Shown: one piece after another, positions 48,701 through 62,279 of the stretch | How the letters are laid out: every line of letters starts with the position of its first letter | Numbering within the stretch: position 1 is the first letter of the stretch | NCBI RefSeq assembly: GCF_001194135.2 | Contig: NC_068988.1 | Span: 96,857,819-96,921,818 of the forward strand | Origin: Octopus bimaculoides | Lineage: Eukaryota | Direction of reading: 5' to 3' | Length of the DNA: 64,000 nucleotides | Program-made: the position numbers and the translations under genes | The notes under the pieces: model-generated | The model's input: the letters and a program-made list of their open reading frames with translations, nothing else | Told to the model about the DNA's origin: nothing | Databases searched by the model: none

Positions 48701-51126
48701 AAATGATGATGTTCATAAATGTTGATGATTTTATATTTAGTGTACTGAAAGTATGTTTAGTAATTAAGCAGTAAACAAATATAATATTAAGTGATAATCA
48801 ATGTTATTAATTTTGCCTTGAAACCAAGCAAGTGAGGACAACACCCGACTGATTCAGCCTTTATAAGATTATATGGATACAGATTCATTGCAGAGACATT
48901 CTCTTATTTCACTAATGAGCAATTAAATATACACTGTAGTAAAGATTGTTTGCCAACATAACGTGGTTTAGGACGAATGTTGCTGTAATTTAGCCCCAGG
49001 AGACATCGTCTTCAGCTGGCTATATGGCACGATCTGTCGACACGATTGTGTCATATAGCCAGCTGGAGACGATGTCTCCTGGGGTTAAATTACAGCAACA
49101 TTCGTCCTAAACCAGGACGGCCATGTTATGTTGGCAAACAATCTTTACTCCAAAGTACTGTTGCTGAATATCTCTCGTGAGATTTAAAAATAGTAATTTT
49201 CGAAATAAATAATTTCTTGAACATTTACATGGAAAATTTTAAGAAATAGTCTCTTCTTAAAACTACAAATTTAGGAAAAATATCGAAATGTATTCTTTGC
49301 TTAGTTNNNNNNNNNNNNNNNNNNNNNNNNNNNNNNNNNNNNNNNNNNNNNNNNNNNNNNNNNNNNNNNNNNNNNNNNNNNNNNNNNNNNNNNNNNNNNN
49401 NNNNNNNNNNNNNNNNNNNNNNNNNNNNNNNNNNNNNNNNNNNNNNNNNNNNNNNNNNNNNNNNNNNNNNNNNNNNNNNNNNNNNNNNNNNNNNNNNNNN
49501 NNNNNNNNNNNNNNNNNNNNNNNNNNNNNNNNNNNNNNNNNNNNNNNNNNNNNNNNNNNNNNNNNNNNNNNNNNNNNNNNNNNNNCTTGAATCGGCCCCC
49601 TTTTTTTTTTTTTTCCTTTTCTTCATTATTTATTTCACGTTTCCCGTTTAATAATTTATACTCAAGAGGGCAGCGAGCTGGCAGAAACGTTAACACGCCG
49701 GGCGAAATGCTTAACAGTATTTCGTCTGCCGTTAGGTTCTGAGTTCAAATTCCGCCGAGGTCGACTTTGCCTTTCATCCTTTCGGGGTCGATCTAATCGA
49801 CTGGCCCCTCCCCCGAAATTTCGGGCCTAGAGTAGAAAAGAATAATTTATACTCAAACCAAGTCTCAAACTCCGAAATATGCATTTAATCTGATCGTCTT
49901 CGAGGATTCATACGATTCTGTGTTTTCTATATTTTAAAAAATAGACACATTTATAGTTATCTCAAATTTGTTTATGTGCAATTGCCAGTACACCATTTTG
50001 GGTGTGGCCGTTGCCAGTACCGCCTGACTGGCCTTCGTGCCGGTGGCACGTAAAAGCACCCACTACACTCTCGGAGTGGTTGGCATTAGGAAGGGCATCC
50101 AGCTGTAGAAACTCTGCCAAATCAGATTGGAGCCTGGTGTAGCCATCTGGTTTCACCAGTCCTCAGTCAAATCGTCCAACCCATGCTAGCATGGAAAGCG
50201 GACGTTAAACGATGATGATGATGATGATGAAGGTATGTGATTGAGCAATTATCGTTATAAGTTGATTATTGACCAGCAAATGACTGCTTAAACTAATATT
50301 ATGCAGTTAAATAAGACCACATTCTCTTTGTAATGTAGCATTATGAACATATTCTCGCAGAATGTCTGATTGACCGTTACAGTATGTTGTTCATGGAAAA
50401 ATTCACTTCAATTTCGTTTAGTATCACACTGTTGGACGGTGGACGGTCCATTCATAAGGACATTTGTAAGGAGACTCACTAAAATGTAGTGGGAGGAAAC
50501 TCAGTAGTACAGAGTTGCCTCCCTCTAAAAGTGTCTGTCTTGACGCAGATCTATAATTTACAAGAAATCTTAGCCGTAAACCTTTTTGGATATTATGTGC
50601 CCCTTACTTGGTTCTAGGACACTGAACTGCCCCTGAATTTAGATTAGAATCTAAAGGAAAGATCAGTAACATTATGCCTATAGCTAAATGATTGTCAGAG
50701 AAGCAAACTTGAAAAGAACACACACACACACACACATACACATGCATGTACGCACATACATACACACACACACACACACATATTGTTCTCCTATTACATC
50801 CATGTTTAACTCTGTCAGATGACACAAAACATGTCGTATACATGTATAATATTGCCAAAGGATTTGGGCATCAGATTTAGTTGCCCTTCCTGTTATTAAG
50901 TTTTCATGTGAATCTTATTAACTCTTGATGAGTTCTTTGGTCTTTTATTAACGAGCCCAGCACTACCAGGGTTTAACCTCCATTATTTTCACCATCTTTA
51001 TGTTTCTACCTCTGCCCCTGTTTGACTTTTGCCTGTGTCTTCTTTCTTCAGGACCAATTGCATCAATATTTTGGGTGGATGAAGAATTATGCAGTGATAT
51101 ATACTTGGATGGTAAGTAAATTCTGT

Positions 51127-51161
<35 letters not shown>

Positions 51162-51868
51162 TATAATATGTGCTTACCAACCACATGGTTCCGGGTTCAG
51201 TCCCATGCGCGGCACATTGGACAAGTGTCTTCTACTATAGCCTAGGACCGACCAAAGCCTTGTGAGTGGATTTGGTAGACGGAAACTGATAGAAGTATGT
51301 GTGTATATGTTTGTGTGTCTGTGTTTGTGCCCCCACCAACATTGCTTGACAACCGATGCTGGTGTGTTTACGTCCCCGTAGCTTAGCGCTTCAGCAAAAG
51401 AGACCGATGGAATAAGTTACCAGGCTTACAAAGAATAAGTCCTGGGGTCGATTTGCTCGACTAAAGACTCAAAACTAGCGATTCACATTGTAACCTCTAG
51501 AAATAATGGATTATATCTTGAAATATTTTGTCTTATCTTAATTTTTAATGATTTGTTTTGTAGCTTATTTTTATTGTTTTTCTACTTTTTACAGGTATAA
51601 TCACTATGATTGATGCCAAACATTGCTTACAGGTAAGATTATTATTATTATTCTTTTGGAAAGGAAATTGAGAGTGGAGAGGGAAGTGCTGTTCTCAAGT
51701 GAGTTTACTGAAAGGTGGGTGGAAGTTGTGAAAATGGCAAGAGTGGATGGTACCCCTCTAAGTGTAGACCTGTGAGTCAGAGAGAAGGAATTGGAGAGGG
51801 CACTTGCTCTTGGGCTGGTTATACGACACTGGCATAAGCCATGGGTTATGGTCTCACTTGGCTCCCTG

Positions 51869-51899
<31 letters not shown>

Positions 51900-54800
51900 C
51901 CAAATCCGTAATCACATGCTGATATGATATTTTTAATTAATCCATGCCGAAACTAATTGATTAATAAATTCATTCTATTTCCTCAGTTTTAAAGTTTGTT
52001 TTTCTTTGCAGCATCTAAACGAAGTGAAAAAAGATAACCTGGTTAACGAATGTGCAAGGTAAGCCAAGGTCAGCCAAGACATTGAATTGAGTGTAAAGTA
52101 GGGAGAGTTATTTAAGAGAAATAAAAGTCATCTGTTTTTTCCATGCTGGCATGGATCGGACGGTTTGACAGGAGCTCCAACCAACAGCAGTATGGGAAAT
52201 GAAGGTCAATTGATGGTGATTATAAACCAGTCTCCCCTGTCTGCTTTGGCATAGTTTCTGTGGCTGAATCCACTTTCTAATGTCAGCCATTTCACAGAGT
52301 GAGCTTGGTGCTTTTTATGTGGCACCAGCACTGGTGAGGTCACCAAGTAACTTGTAAGACAAAGAGACTCCCTCCCCCCAGCTGAAGTGATGTGGGGGTG
52401 GGGGTAGTATTGAAGTTGGTGGCTTTTTGCTTGATGATGAAAGGTTAAAGTATGGTAGACCAACAGGAGCAGATGTCTTTCTTGAGAGGAGATATAAATT
52501 TTACAAAGGACATAGATTGTTTACTCACACATGTATTACATACTTACTGGATAGCCATGGCTGGAATGCTCTTTGATTATTAATTGATCCGTTCAATCAG
52601 AGTTGACCAACAACAACAATAATAAATAACTTCAATAACACAGTCACCATGACTTACAACCTTAACAATCACCTCTCTCATCACCATGACCACCACCACA
52701 AATAACAACAATTCTACCTCCAGCAACATCACCGCCACCACCACCACCACCATCATTATATTCATTGTCCCTTAAAGTCACATGACTACTGCTACTGCTA
52801 ATTCTATAACACTGTCAGTACATTCAACAAGGACCATGGCAACAAGTAGGAAGAAAAACAGAAAAAGAAAAAAAACACCCCAAAAATAAGAAGAAAAAAA
52901 AAAGAAATGGCCAACAGTAAAGAATAAATTCAATTTTGAGGCATTTTTGAAGTTTGAGAATCATTTCCGTTGAAATGTTGTTGATGTTGTTCTTAATGCT
53001 GTTGTAAAGTTTGTAGCTAGCAGTGATGATGATGATGGTGGTGGTGGTGATGTTGTTTCCTTGCAGTGTGTTCTGATGAGAAAATGATTTTGATTGTGGA
53101 GATGTTGCTGCAGGGGAAAGTGGGGGTTTTTTTTTTGTTAGTTTGTGTGTTTTATTTGTCCACAAGTTTTTAAACATAACTACAGTGATTTTGTTCCACT
53201 TACTTCCGCAGATACCATGTCATTGCATGAAGATTATATTCTTAAAACTCTCTTTGTGTGCATGTATGTGTATGTGTGTGCATATACATACATATATATA
53301 ATAGAAAAATGTTTCAAAAAGAAAGTAGAAACTACACGTGGGAAAGATATGGGGAAAGTAAGGAGAATAAAGATAAAAATGCACATTGAATATCAAAAAA
53401 ATAAAGGCTTTTTTATGAAAAATAGTGATAAATAAATACAATTAGATGAACTGAGGTAGAATTAAGAGGAATAAAAATCATTATTTTGAATTGTTAAAGA
53501 GATTCAAAGTCAGGTACATCAACATGTCAGATGTCAGAATGGCTGGTTACATTAACATGGGGTTCACAGTGATGTAAAACAACCATGAAAGTAGCAAGTG
53601 TTGGTACAATACTGTAGAAATCTAAGCACCAAATCGAATTTAAACCATAGATCTGACTTGGGGTTGGTTCTAGGTGTGGTGTAGGTATAAGTAAGAACTG
53701 AAATGGGGTTTAGAATTTACAACAGCTGTTTCATTAGAACTTTATGGATGTATTCATAGCATAAATCCACCATTTTCAAGTAAAAATTGAAACAGGTATA
53801 AACAGGTGAGGTAAATTTTTGATGGTGTCATTATCCAACAACAGATAGATAGGTCATCATTCAATGTCATAGGATATCCTTTTCTAACTGTTGTTGGTTG
53901 CCATCATCAAAGTTTTATATCCCCTGTTTATACCTGTTTAAAATTTTTGTCTGAAGATGGTGGATTATATGTTATGATGCAATCTCAAGACAAAGATATC
54001 TTTATGCTCATGCACATACATACATAAATAAATATGTACATATTTATCAATTAATAATTGATAAAAGAATAGGAGTTACATAATCACCTTCATTAGCTTA
54101 CAGCTGTTTCTGCTGTAAAAAAGCAATTCAATCAGAACTAAGTGCTCGTGCAAGATCATATAGTTTCCTCAGAGCCATTAAAATGAATATATATTTGCAC
54201 GCGTGCGTGTGTGTGTGTGTGTATACATGTGTGTGTGTGTGTGTGTATACATGTGTGTGTGTGTGTGTATCTATATATATAGCTATATATGTGTATATAT
54301 ATATAATTGTCTTTTACATTTCATATGCTTGTAGACAGATTGCATTGGCTGATCTTGTGGTTATCAATAAAGTGGATCTGGTCTCAAAAACAGAACTCTC
54401 ACAGGTGAAGGAGAGAATATCGTAAGTTAGCCAATAATTTTGCTGCATTTGCAACTCTCTCCATCTCCCCTCTTTCTCTCTTGCTCTTCTTCTCTACTTC
54501 CCCCTCTCTCTCATCATCTAGTGCCTCTCTTTCTTTTTCTCTCTCTTATTATATTTAAGGTTTTGCTTGTGTCTGAATATTATACTTCAATGAGAATCAA
54601 AACTATGAAAGTCGTCTCTTGGGTGGAAAGTGCAAGATTTAATTATTCTTTAATACACTCAAACAAAATGGATTCCAATGGATCTTTATTTCATTTTAAT
54701 ATTCATCATGCAAGATTCTTGGTACTTCGTTAGGAAAGACAAAATCACTACAGTCTTGGAATGGTTGGCGTTAGGAAGGGCATCCAGCTGTAGAAACACT

Positions 54801-55695
54801 TCCAGATCAGATTGGGGCCTGGTGCAGCCTCCTGGCTTCCCAGACCCCTGTCGAACTGCCCAACCCATGCCAGCATAGAAAACGGACGTTAAACGATGAT
54901 GATGATATATGCAGCTAGACCCATTGCCTGATTTCCTTCCCAAGACATCTCTGTGACCCTTTACTTCTCTATCTACAGCTCTGAAGTTGTTCCTAGATAC
55001 CCCTAATCTTTCTCACTACCCAGAATCATTTCATTTGCTATCTGCCCCTCACTGTTAATATTGTCCTCTCCACCCACATTTTGCACTAATCATCAAATCA
55101 TCTCCCCACAATATGTCTCTCATTCTCCCCATGCACTGTATCTGTCTCTCTCTCTCTCTCTCAGCAAGGTCATCGAGTACAATACCGTGAAGTGGTTGGT
55201 TGTGGGGGTGGGGCGTCCAGCTGTGGAGACCAAGGTGAAAGAGATATTGGGGCATGATGCAGTCCTTGGACTCACTGGATCCTGTGAAACCATCCAACTC
55301 AGGCCAACACGAAGCATGCACATTAATTAGTGATGATGATGATGATGGTGACAGTGACACCTGTACATATATGTTGGGCTTCCACACAGTTTCCATTTAC
55401 CAAATTCACTCACATGGCATTGGTTGGAAGACAATTGCCTGAGGTGCCATGAAATGGGACTGAACCAGAAACCTCACAAAAGCAGGATTTGCATCACACA
55501 CACACACACACACACCTGTCTGTCTGTCTGTTGGTTGATTGAGAGATCAGTTTGTCTATCTGTCTACAAGCATATTTATGTGTGTGTGTGTGTCTGTCTC
55601 TGTGTGTGTGTATATGTATATATATGAGTGTATGTATATATATATGTCTTTGTATATGAGTCTGTGTGTGTGTATTATGTATGTATATATGTGTA

Positions 55696-55747
<52 letters not shown>

Positions 55748-58700
55748 CATACATACATATAATGTCAATTTGTATTGTTCTAGAGAGAAGTAAGTGCCAA
55801 AATTGGTTGGCCAAACTAAGAGAGTGATGATGATGATGATGATGATGTTGGCAAGAAATGACAAAGCTCACACATTCAGTACTCTGATGATAAAGTAAAG
55901 AACAAAAGCGAGAGAGAGAGAGTAAATGGCTGTTGGCTAAGAGAGTTTTGGTTTTGCTACATGTATTAGGACACAGCTTTTAAATTCCAATATGCATGGA
56001 ATCCATACAAGTCTTGATTTAAATAAAAACTATCAAGAAATGAATGTAGAAGATTTTACACACCCTACCAACCAACCAACCAACTGATTTGGTAACAAAG
56101 AAACGGTAAAAAAAAAAAAAAAGACAAAAATGGAACTTAAAGAAGGCAGGGTATCAACGGAAAGAAAGTAAAGAGAGAGGGGTGGGTCGGTAGGGTGGAG
56201 GGAGAGACATTGTGATTGCCGTAAGATGGTTGCAATGAATTGGAATGTTGTAGAGTTTTCTCTCTTTTTATTATTTCTGGAGCTTCAATCTACATGTGGT
56301 TGCCGAAAGCTTCAGAATGTTTGTATGTGTGTGTGTGTGTGGGTGTGTGTGCATGTGTGTATATGTACACCCGTCGGATGTGTGTCTGTACACCCATAGG
56401 ATATATGTATGCGTGCTTGTGTGCATGTGTGTATATGTAAATTCATAGGATGTGTATTTCTGTATGCATACACCCACACACATAAACATGTATGCACACA
56501 CACACACTCCCACACTACTTTCACAGTTTGTATATATTTGTGTGTGTGTGTATATGTTGGTGTATTCCTGCATGTTCTGATATCAATTCATTGTGCTCCA
56601 GCTGGTCGTTGAATCTATAAGAATCAGTGGTTTTCTATATTACCCCTGGCACTGGTCTCTGATCCCTGGTCAACATCTTCAAAACTTTCAAAGAACCAAA
56701 ATCCCTGGTTTAAAAATAAATTCCATGGAAATGGTTTGATTCCTGTTTACCATCATAATTAACTGCTGCTGTTGAACCAGTAATGAAGCCTCTAATTGGC
56801 TGCGTGACCTACTAGAAATAGCAACCAGATTTTTCTCAATTCTTATCTTATTATCATCTTAAGTCCTGTCATCATCATCATCATCATTAAATGTGCTTTT
56901 TTGATGTTGGCATGAGTTAGAGGAGTTGAAATAGGTGGTGAATGCCGAGGACTGCATCAAGCTTCAATGTTTCTGGAATGAAATGAAAGATGAGAGAACA
57001 AAACAGACCATTGGTTAGTGGTGTATGAAAATGTTGGTTACGCTTGGTTTGAAGTTGGTAACAGGAAGATGACGTTGCTGGCTGTAGAATCCAGACGGAA
57101 GAACTTATGTCCAACCCATGCCAGCACAGCAAAACAATGGGCACAAAAAATATGATTATAATGATGATATCTGTGTGTGTGTGTGTGTACATATACACTG
57201 TGCTTCTGCATAGTTTCCGCTACTAACCAAATTTCATTCTTGAGACCACAAGGCAACTTCAAGCTATGGTAGAGAAGACATTTACCAAAGACACTTGCTT
57301 TTCATTGGGATTGAACCTGAAAACATTTGGTTGTGATGTAAACGTTATTATCACTGAGCCATGGCTTTTTTAAAATCTGAGACTCCTATTTCCAAAACCT
57401 TCTCATTAACTATTTTCTTTCTTTTTTCTTTCTCCCACCCATTCCATCCATCCATCCATTCATCCGTCGAGCCAATGTTTCTGTTTCTCTGGAAGCACTA
57501 AATGAGAAAATTCTTCCATTTTGTTCTTGTTATTATTGTTCCCACCTTACTCCCCCCACACCCAACCCAAACTCTGGCACTTCCTTAGAACAACTAACAT
57601 TAGGAAATGAAATGACTCCACCTTGCCAAGAAGAACAATCTAGAACCAAGAATTTACCATTTCACCAATTCTCCATTTCCTTTTTAAGAAGACCTTAAAG
57701 GGAAAAAGAATTTAAATATATATATATATGTATATATATGTATGCACATACGCACGCACACACACACACACACACACATATGTGCACATACACTCACACA
57801 CACACACACACGCATACATACATATATAAAAACAGTAAACTTTCAATAAAACTATTTTCTTAAAATGAAATACTAACAACAGCAACAACATGCTTTTTTC
57901 TGCATGTGTGGGTGTCTGTGTGTTTGTTGGTACATGTGTGTGTGTGTGTACATTCATGAGTGTGTATGTTAGACTGTGTACATTTTTATGCATGCGGCTA
58001 TGTATGTATGGATGTATGTGAGTGTTTGTCTTTGTGTAGATAAAAAAAAAAACTCTAGCAACAACAACAAATATAAAGATAAAAAAAAAAGTTAATAAAA
58101 TTTTCAAATAAGACCATAAAAATAAATTACTTGGAAGAGAGTGAAATGAAATCTGTTCGTTTGCATATCGTTTGACTTTTTGTTAGTGTAAGGAGTGGAG
58201 GGGGTGGTATTTAGGATGTGTATTTGTGAGTGGGTGGAGGTTAGAGCACCCCACCCAAATACACAGACAGCTATGCATGCGCAGACATACACACATATAT
58301 GTACACATGCATACATAGACATAGAAATGCACATACATGCACACATGCGTATGTGCACGTGTATATATGCATGTGTGCACACCTCTCGCATACTACATAC
58401 ATAGCTATTGCACACACAGCTCATAAAATAAGAACCAGGCTTAAAAAGAAAGTAAAAAATGAAAATAAAGTCCCTGGGATCGATTCATTTAACTAAAAAT
58501 GTTTCAAGGCAGTGCTCCAGCATGGTCGCAGTCTAATGTATGATATGTAAGCACATTGATACAAAACAAGGTGGGGAAAATAGTACTTGAATACCAAAGG
58601 TAGAGTAAAATATGATTTAATTAAAGCTGAAAAACAGTTTGCAAAGATTTTTCTGGCTTTAATAAAACAGCATCTTTTATTTTATTTTATTTTATTTTAT

Positions 58701-58855
58701 ATTATATTATTTTATATTATATTATGTTATGTTATATTATGTTATGTTATGTTATATTTATGTATTTTATAAGGACTTAACACTTTATTCATCTTATTTC
58801 ATGTTTCCAGGACTATAAACTCTTTGGCAGAACTGATTGAAACCACTTATGGCAG
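45681..58855 (+). CDS. ZNG1: Zn-regulated GTPase metalloprotein activator (COBW/CBWD, COG0523), 3'-partial, 9 coding exons in window
   Basis: Exons 45681-45765, 46204-46290, 47067-47163, 48144-48235, 51052-51111, 51595-51632, 52012-52058, 54335-54421, 58811-58855 join in frame. Walker A GFLGAGKTT, NEFGE, CLCC (CXCC), [13 protein letters not shown]. No further exon (CobW_C domain) found before 64000. Confidence 0.95.
46204..46290 (+). CDS. ZNG1: ZNG1 coding exon 2
   Basis: [28 protein letters not shown]; cag/gtaatt. Confidence 0.95.
46279..46374 (+). repeat. 18-bp tandem repeat x5 spanning the ZNG1 exon 2 donor
   Basis: (aatttggagaaggtaatt)5; GT at 46291, 46309, 46327, 46345, 46363. Confidence 0.97.
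46554..46868. repeat. Unclassified interspersed repeat, copy 2 (core 46591-46811)
   Basis: Same orientation match to 2674-2894. Confidence 0.9.
47067..47163 (+). CDS. ZNG1: ZNG1 coding exon 3 (CXCC)
   Basis: [31 protein letters not shown]; cag/gtaagt. Confidence 0.95.
47385..47797. mobile_element. Degenerate ~400-bp palindromic (fold-back) element in ZNG1 intron 3
   Basis: Matching inverted blocks (aaaaacacaaaa, gtgagaatgc, tgtcagtagcat); centre cagtgatt-gaaa-aatcactg. Confidence 0.7.
48144..48235 (+). CDS. ZNG1: ZNG1 coding exon 4
   Basis: [30 protein letters not shown]; cag/gtgagt. Confidence 0.95.
48938..49149. mobile_element. Near-perfect ~210-bp palindromic element in ZNG1 intron 4
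   Basis: About 100-bp arms with about 4 substitutions and one ~9-nt indel; centre tgtcgaca. Confidence 0.9.
49307..49585. other. Assembly gap (N run)
   Basis: Ns. Confidence 0.99.
49666..49840 (+). mobile_element. SINE family A, young copy with 16-bp target-site duplication
   Basis: aataatttatactcaa at both 49650-49665 and 49841-49856. Confidence 0.9.
49985..50230 (+). mobile_element. SINE family B
   Basis: Near-identical to 41865-42020 body, with one upstream 66-bp unit. Confidence 0.85.
51052..51111 (+). CDS. ZNG1: ZNG1 coding exon 5
   Basis: [19 protein letters not shown]; cag/gtaagt. Confidence 0.94.
51170..51468 (+). mobile_element. SINE family C
   Basis: Aligns by eye with 21165-21572. 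Confidence 0.8.
51595..51632 (+). CDS. ZNG1: ZNG1 coding exon 6
   Basis: [12 protein letters not shown]; cag/gtaaga. Confidence 0.92.
52012..52058 (+). CDS. ZNG1: ZNG1 coding exon 7
   Basis: [15 protein letters not shown]; cag/gtaagc. Confidence 0.92.
53754..53977. mobile_element. Palindromic ~220-bp element in ZNG1 intron 7
   Basis: tcatagcataaatccacc..aaacaggtataaacagg versus cctgtttatacctgttt..ggtggattatatgttatga. Confidence 0.7.
54335..54421 (+). CDS. ZNG1: ZNG1 coding exon 8
   Basis: [28 protein letters not shown]; tag/gtaagt. Confidence 0.94.
54755..54905 (+). mobile_element. SINE family B
   Basis: Body plus (GAT)n tail. Confidence 0.82.
58811..58855 (+). CDS. ZNG1: ZNG1 coding exon 9
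   Basis: [14 protein letters not shown]; cag/gtgagt; corresponds to the SINGLGQILET segment of vertebrate CBWD. Confidence 0.88.
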
Positions 58856-59455
58856 GTGAGTTAATTTGGATTTTTGTTGTTGTTGATATTCTAGTTACTC
58901 CTTGGTTTGTCCCTGATTGAGAAGACCTATTGATCCAAGGCATTCCACACGACCACCCTGTCTTTCTTTGAGGGACATAGGACTATATTGTTTGATGCGT
59001 TCTTTCCTTCTACTTTCCTGTGTAAACATGTCTGGCCATTGGGGAAATATTACTTTTCTTGGAAACGGATGATGGTTGGTGGCAGAAAATATCCTTCAAA
59101 CTTTGACTCGCACAAGCATGGAAAAGTTTACATTTTCAAAAAAAAAAAAAAATTTTTAGGAGGAAAGAAAGAAGTGATGTGGAGAGGTGGAAAAATAGCA
59201 GTTAATGAAAGGAGATTAATTGATGGGTTGTTGTTTGGCCTCAGCCTACTTTAATGAATCAGATCATGCTGTCATGGGTTGGACGACTATTTATGCTTAT
59301 GGATGTTAATCTATGTTATCAACAACGTGTATTTCTGCAACTATACAAATGTGTAATTGGTGTGTGTTTGAATGTATGTGCATGTGCATGCATGTGTGTG
59401 TGTGTGTATCTGCGTGTGCATATAGGTGTCTATGTTTATATATATATATATACAT

Positions 59456-59646
59456 ATCATCATCATCATCATCGTTTAACGTCTGCTTTCCATACTAGCA
59501 TGGGTTGGACGATTTGACTGGGGACTGACGCTACCAGATGGCTGCACCAAGCTCCAATCTGATCTGGCAGAGTTTCTACAGTTGGATGCCCTTCCTAATG
59601 CCAGCTGTAGAAACTCTGCCAGATCAGATTGGAGCCTGGTGCAGCC
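59456..59646 (-). mobile_element. SINE family B copy with internal fold-back inversion
   Basis: (ATC)n then reverse-complement body; 46-bp segment repeated in inverted orientation. Confidence 0.82.
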
Positions 59647-60101
59647 ATTGATATATGTATTGCATGTATGCATGCACATAGATTCAAAGACACACCATTT
59701 ACACATAGATTGCCAAGATGGAGGGGTTTGTTTAGAATTGTTTGCAAAACAAACATCAGGGCAGGAAATTAACAGATAAAGATAAGCACCACACTTCTTT
59801 CTGACAAAGGATTAAAGTTTAACGACTTATCAAAAGTAATACAATTTACCCAGAAGCTATACAATATTGTGTGCATGTTTTTTTGGGGTTTTTTTTTTGG
59901 TTTTTTTGCATGCCAGTGTATATCTATGTGTATGGTGTGTATATTTAGAAATAAGCATGCAAAAATATACAAATATGCAGAAAAATATCCTTTATCAAAA
60001 CTATAAAGTTTTACTGACAGAAATCTATCAGAGCCCTGAGGTAATAAAGAAGCAGCTACTTGTTAGTGCATGTATTTTGGGTGTTTATATGCAAGGGTGT
60101 A

Positions 60102-60104
<3 letters not shown>

Positions 60105-60161
<57 letters not shown>

Positions 60162-60215
60162 TATATATATAAATATATGTATATAAATATATGTATATAT
60201 ATATATATATATGCA
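60105..60215. repeat. (TA)n-rich microsatellite (one of many TA/CA tracts in the window)
   Basis: Direct reading. Confidence 0.95.
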
Positions 60216-62279
60216 TATATACATATGTATATGTACATACTTACATCTATACATATATATGCATATGTGGGCACAGGACGTCATGAAACGTGTACAACAA
60301 AACAATACGAAGTACGGGTGCACAGAATATGAGCTATTTTTTTGAACAACGAAATACATAAGTGTAAAACATAGAAAACAGATGTTAAATAATGATGATG
60401 AGGTTCTAGGCCAAGGTTTAGAAATTTTTCCAACCCATTACCCTGAAAAAGTCCTTTTTGTTATGCTCTCCCACTGCTCAGAGGGTGAACGACAGTGTTG
60501 GATGTGACAGGATTTGAACTCAGGTTGTTGGAAATCAGAGCAAATACTGCAAGGTTTTAGATTGGATGTTCTACTGCCTCTGCCAAATCACTAGTTAAAT
60601 GGTAATGAGGAAGATGATGATGCTGGTGATGATGAAGAGGACAGTGACATGATGATGATGAAAATGGCAAGGATAAAACAATAATGACTTAAGGCTGATG
60701 ATTTCTAATTTTGTCTAATTGTAGAAATTTGCAGGATATATTGTGTTGACAGTTGAGCAATTTATTGTCATTAGTCTCATTGATAAATGTTTGGCTGCTA
60801 AATGAATTTATCTGAAACATAGTAGGGTTAAATTGACCACTCTCTCCTCAACTATATCTATCATTATTCCTGTTCTTATTACTGATCGGTTATAATTCAA
60901 ACTATCTCCTTCTCCAACTGAAGTGCTTGTATTTTGTCATTTTTTGAAACACTGCATGATTTCAGTATATTTATCCACAGATATATTCTTTCACAGATTG
61001 CTTTTACTATTAAAATGTTCAAGGTTGCCTGATGAAATGGTATAGCTATGTAATAATCTAATGTTATGCAATATCATGTAATATGCATGGTTGAATAAAT
61101 AGCCATACTGTGGAAACATGTGTAGCATAAATTGTTCATTTATGTTTCTTGATTCTGTCATAGGCTGTAATATTTGCTGCATTTTGTTGTTACATAAATG
61201 GATTTACAAGATGCTTAATATCATTATACAAGGTCAGCATTGCACTGACTGCTCTGTTAAGCAGTTGATTGGTTTTCAGTATTTTTGTATTCTTCAAGAG
61301 TACCCTGTAAGCCAAATATAGGTTGGAGCACTTCTAAGTAAATTGCCAGGATCATTTAGACCCCTGCTATTTGACACACACACACGTGTGTGTGGTTACC
61401 ATCATCATCATCATCATCATCATCATATATAATATAATATATAATTGAAAGGTAAAGGTATGAAAATACTTTGTATACTCACAGCTATGCAAGTAGAGCA
61501 GTGAGCATCCGTGAGTTTTCATGAGCATGTGTAAATGTGTTTGCATGTGTGTGTGTGTGTGTGTGTGCGTGTGTGATTGTATGTGTAGGTGTGTCAGTGA
61601 GTAAGTATACACCGTTACCTGAAAACGACTCTCCTCCTGCAGATGTAATTATTTGTCCCTTCTATCATCTCACATCGTTTGCACCCTCAGGTAAATAAAC
61701 AGTTATCCTAGATAAACAAAAACAAAGTTAGTCTGTGTTTTCATTTCTTCCCTCTTTTCATTTCATGCTTTATTTTTTAATTTGAATTATTGTTATTATT
61801 ATTTTTATTATTATTATTGCTATCATTATCATCATTCTTGTTCTCTTCTGTCATCTTATCCTCATCAGCTTCTCTTTTTCCCTATTCCCCTCCCCCCCGT
61901 ATCATTGTTGGTGTCAAGTTTCACGAGCCGTGCCGTGTGTGTGTGTGTGTGTGGTGGGTGAAAGGCAAAAGCCTGCACGTGCACAATGTCTTATCTTTTT
62001 GCTCTGTCACTCAGCTTGTTCTGCAGAACAAAGTGACAAACTTTGGCTTTCATCTCTCTGAGGTCAATCAAATATGCCACCAGTTATGGACTAAGCTGAA
62101 GGCTGGGCACCAGGATTCTTTCAGCTTTGTCCTTCTCCCACTTACAAATTTGTGGCATTTTCTTGCTACTAGAGACCAAGTATCACCGAATCAAATGTGG
62201 TAGAGTCATGATGGGTTACCTCTAGTTCAGTTCTGATCCTCAGATGAAGGGCAGCACCCAATGTCAAGGTGCTCCTTTA

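Noticed and set aside
55494-58424. Numerous HT/YI/CV-repeat ORFs here and across the window
   Set aside because: Translations of (CA)n, (TA)n and (GA)n microsatellites.
22515-58855. A trace-element gene cluster (selenium factor, Zn-binding DHHC, Zn chaperone) as a functional system
   Set aside because: Adjacency of three housekeeping genes in an animal genome is not evidence of a shared pathway; no shared regulatory element was identified.
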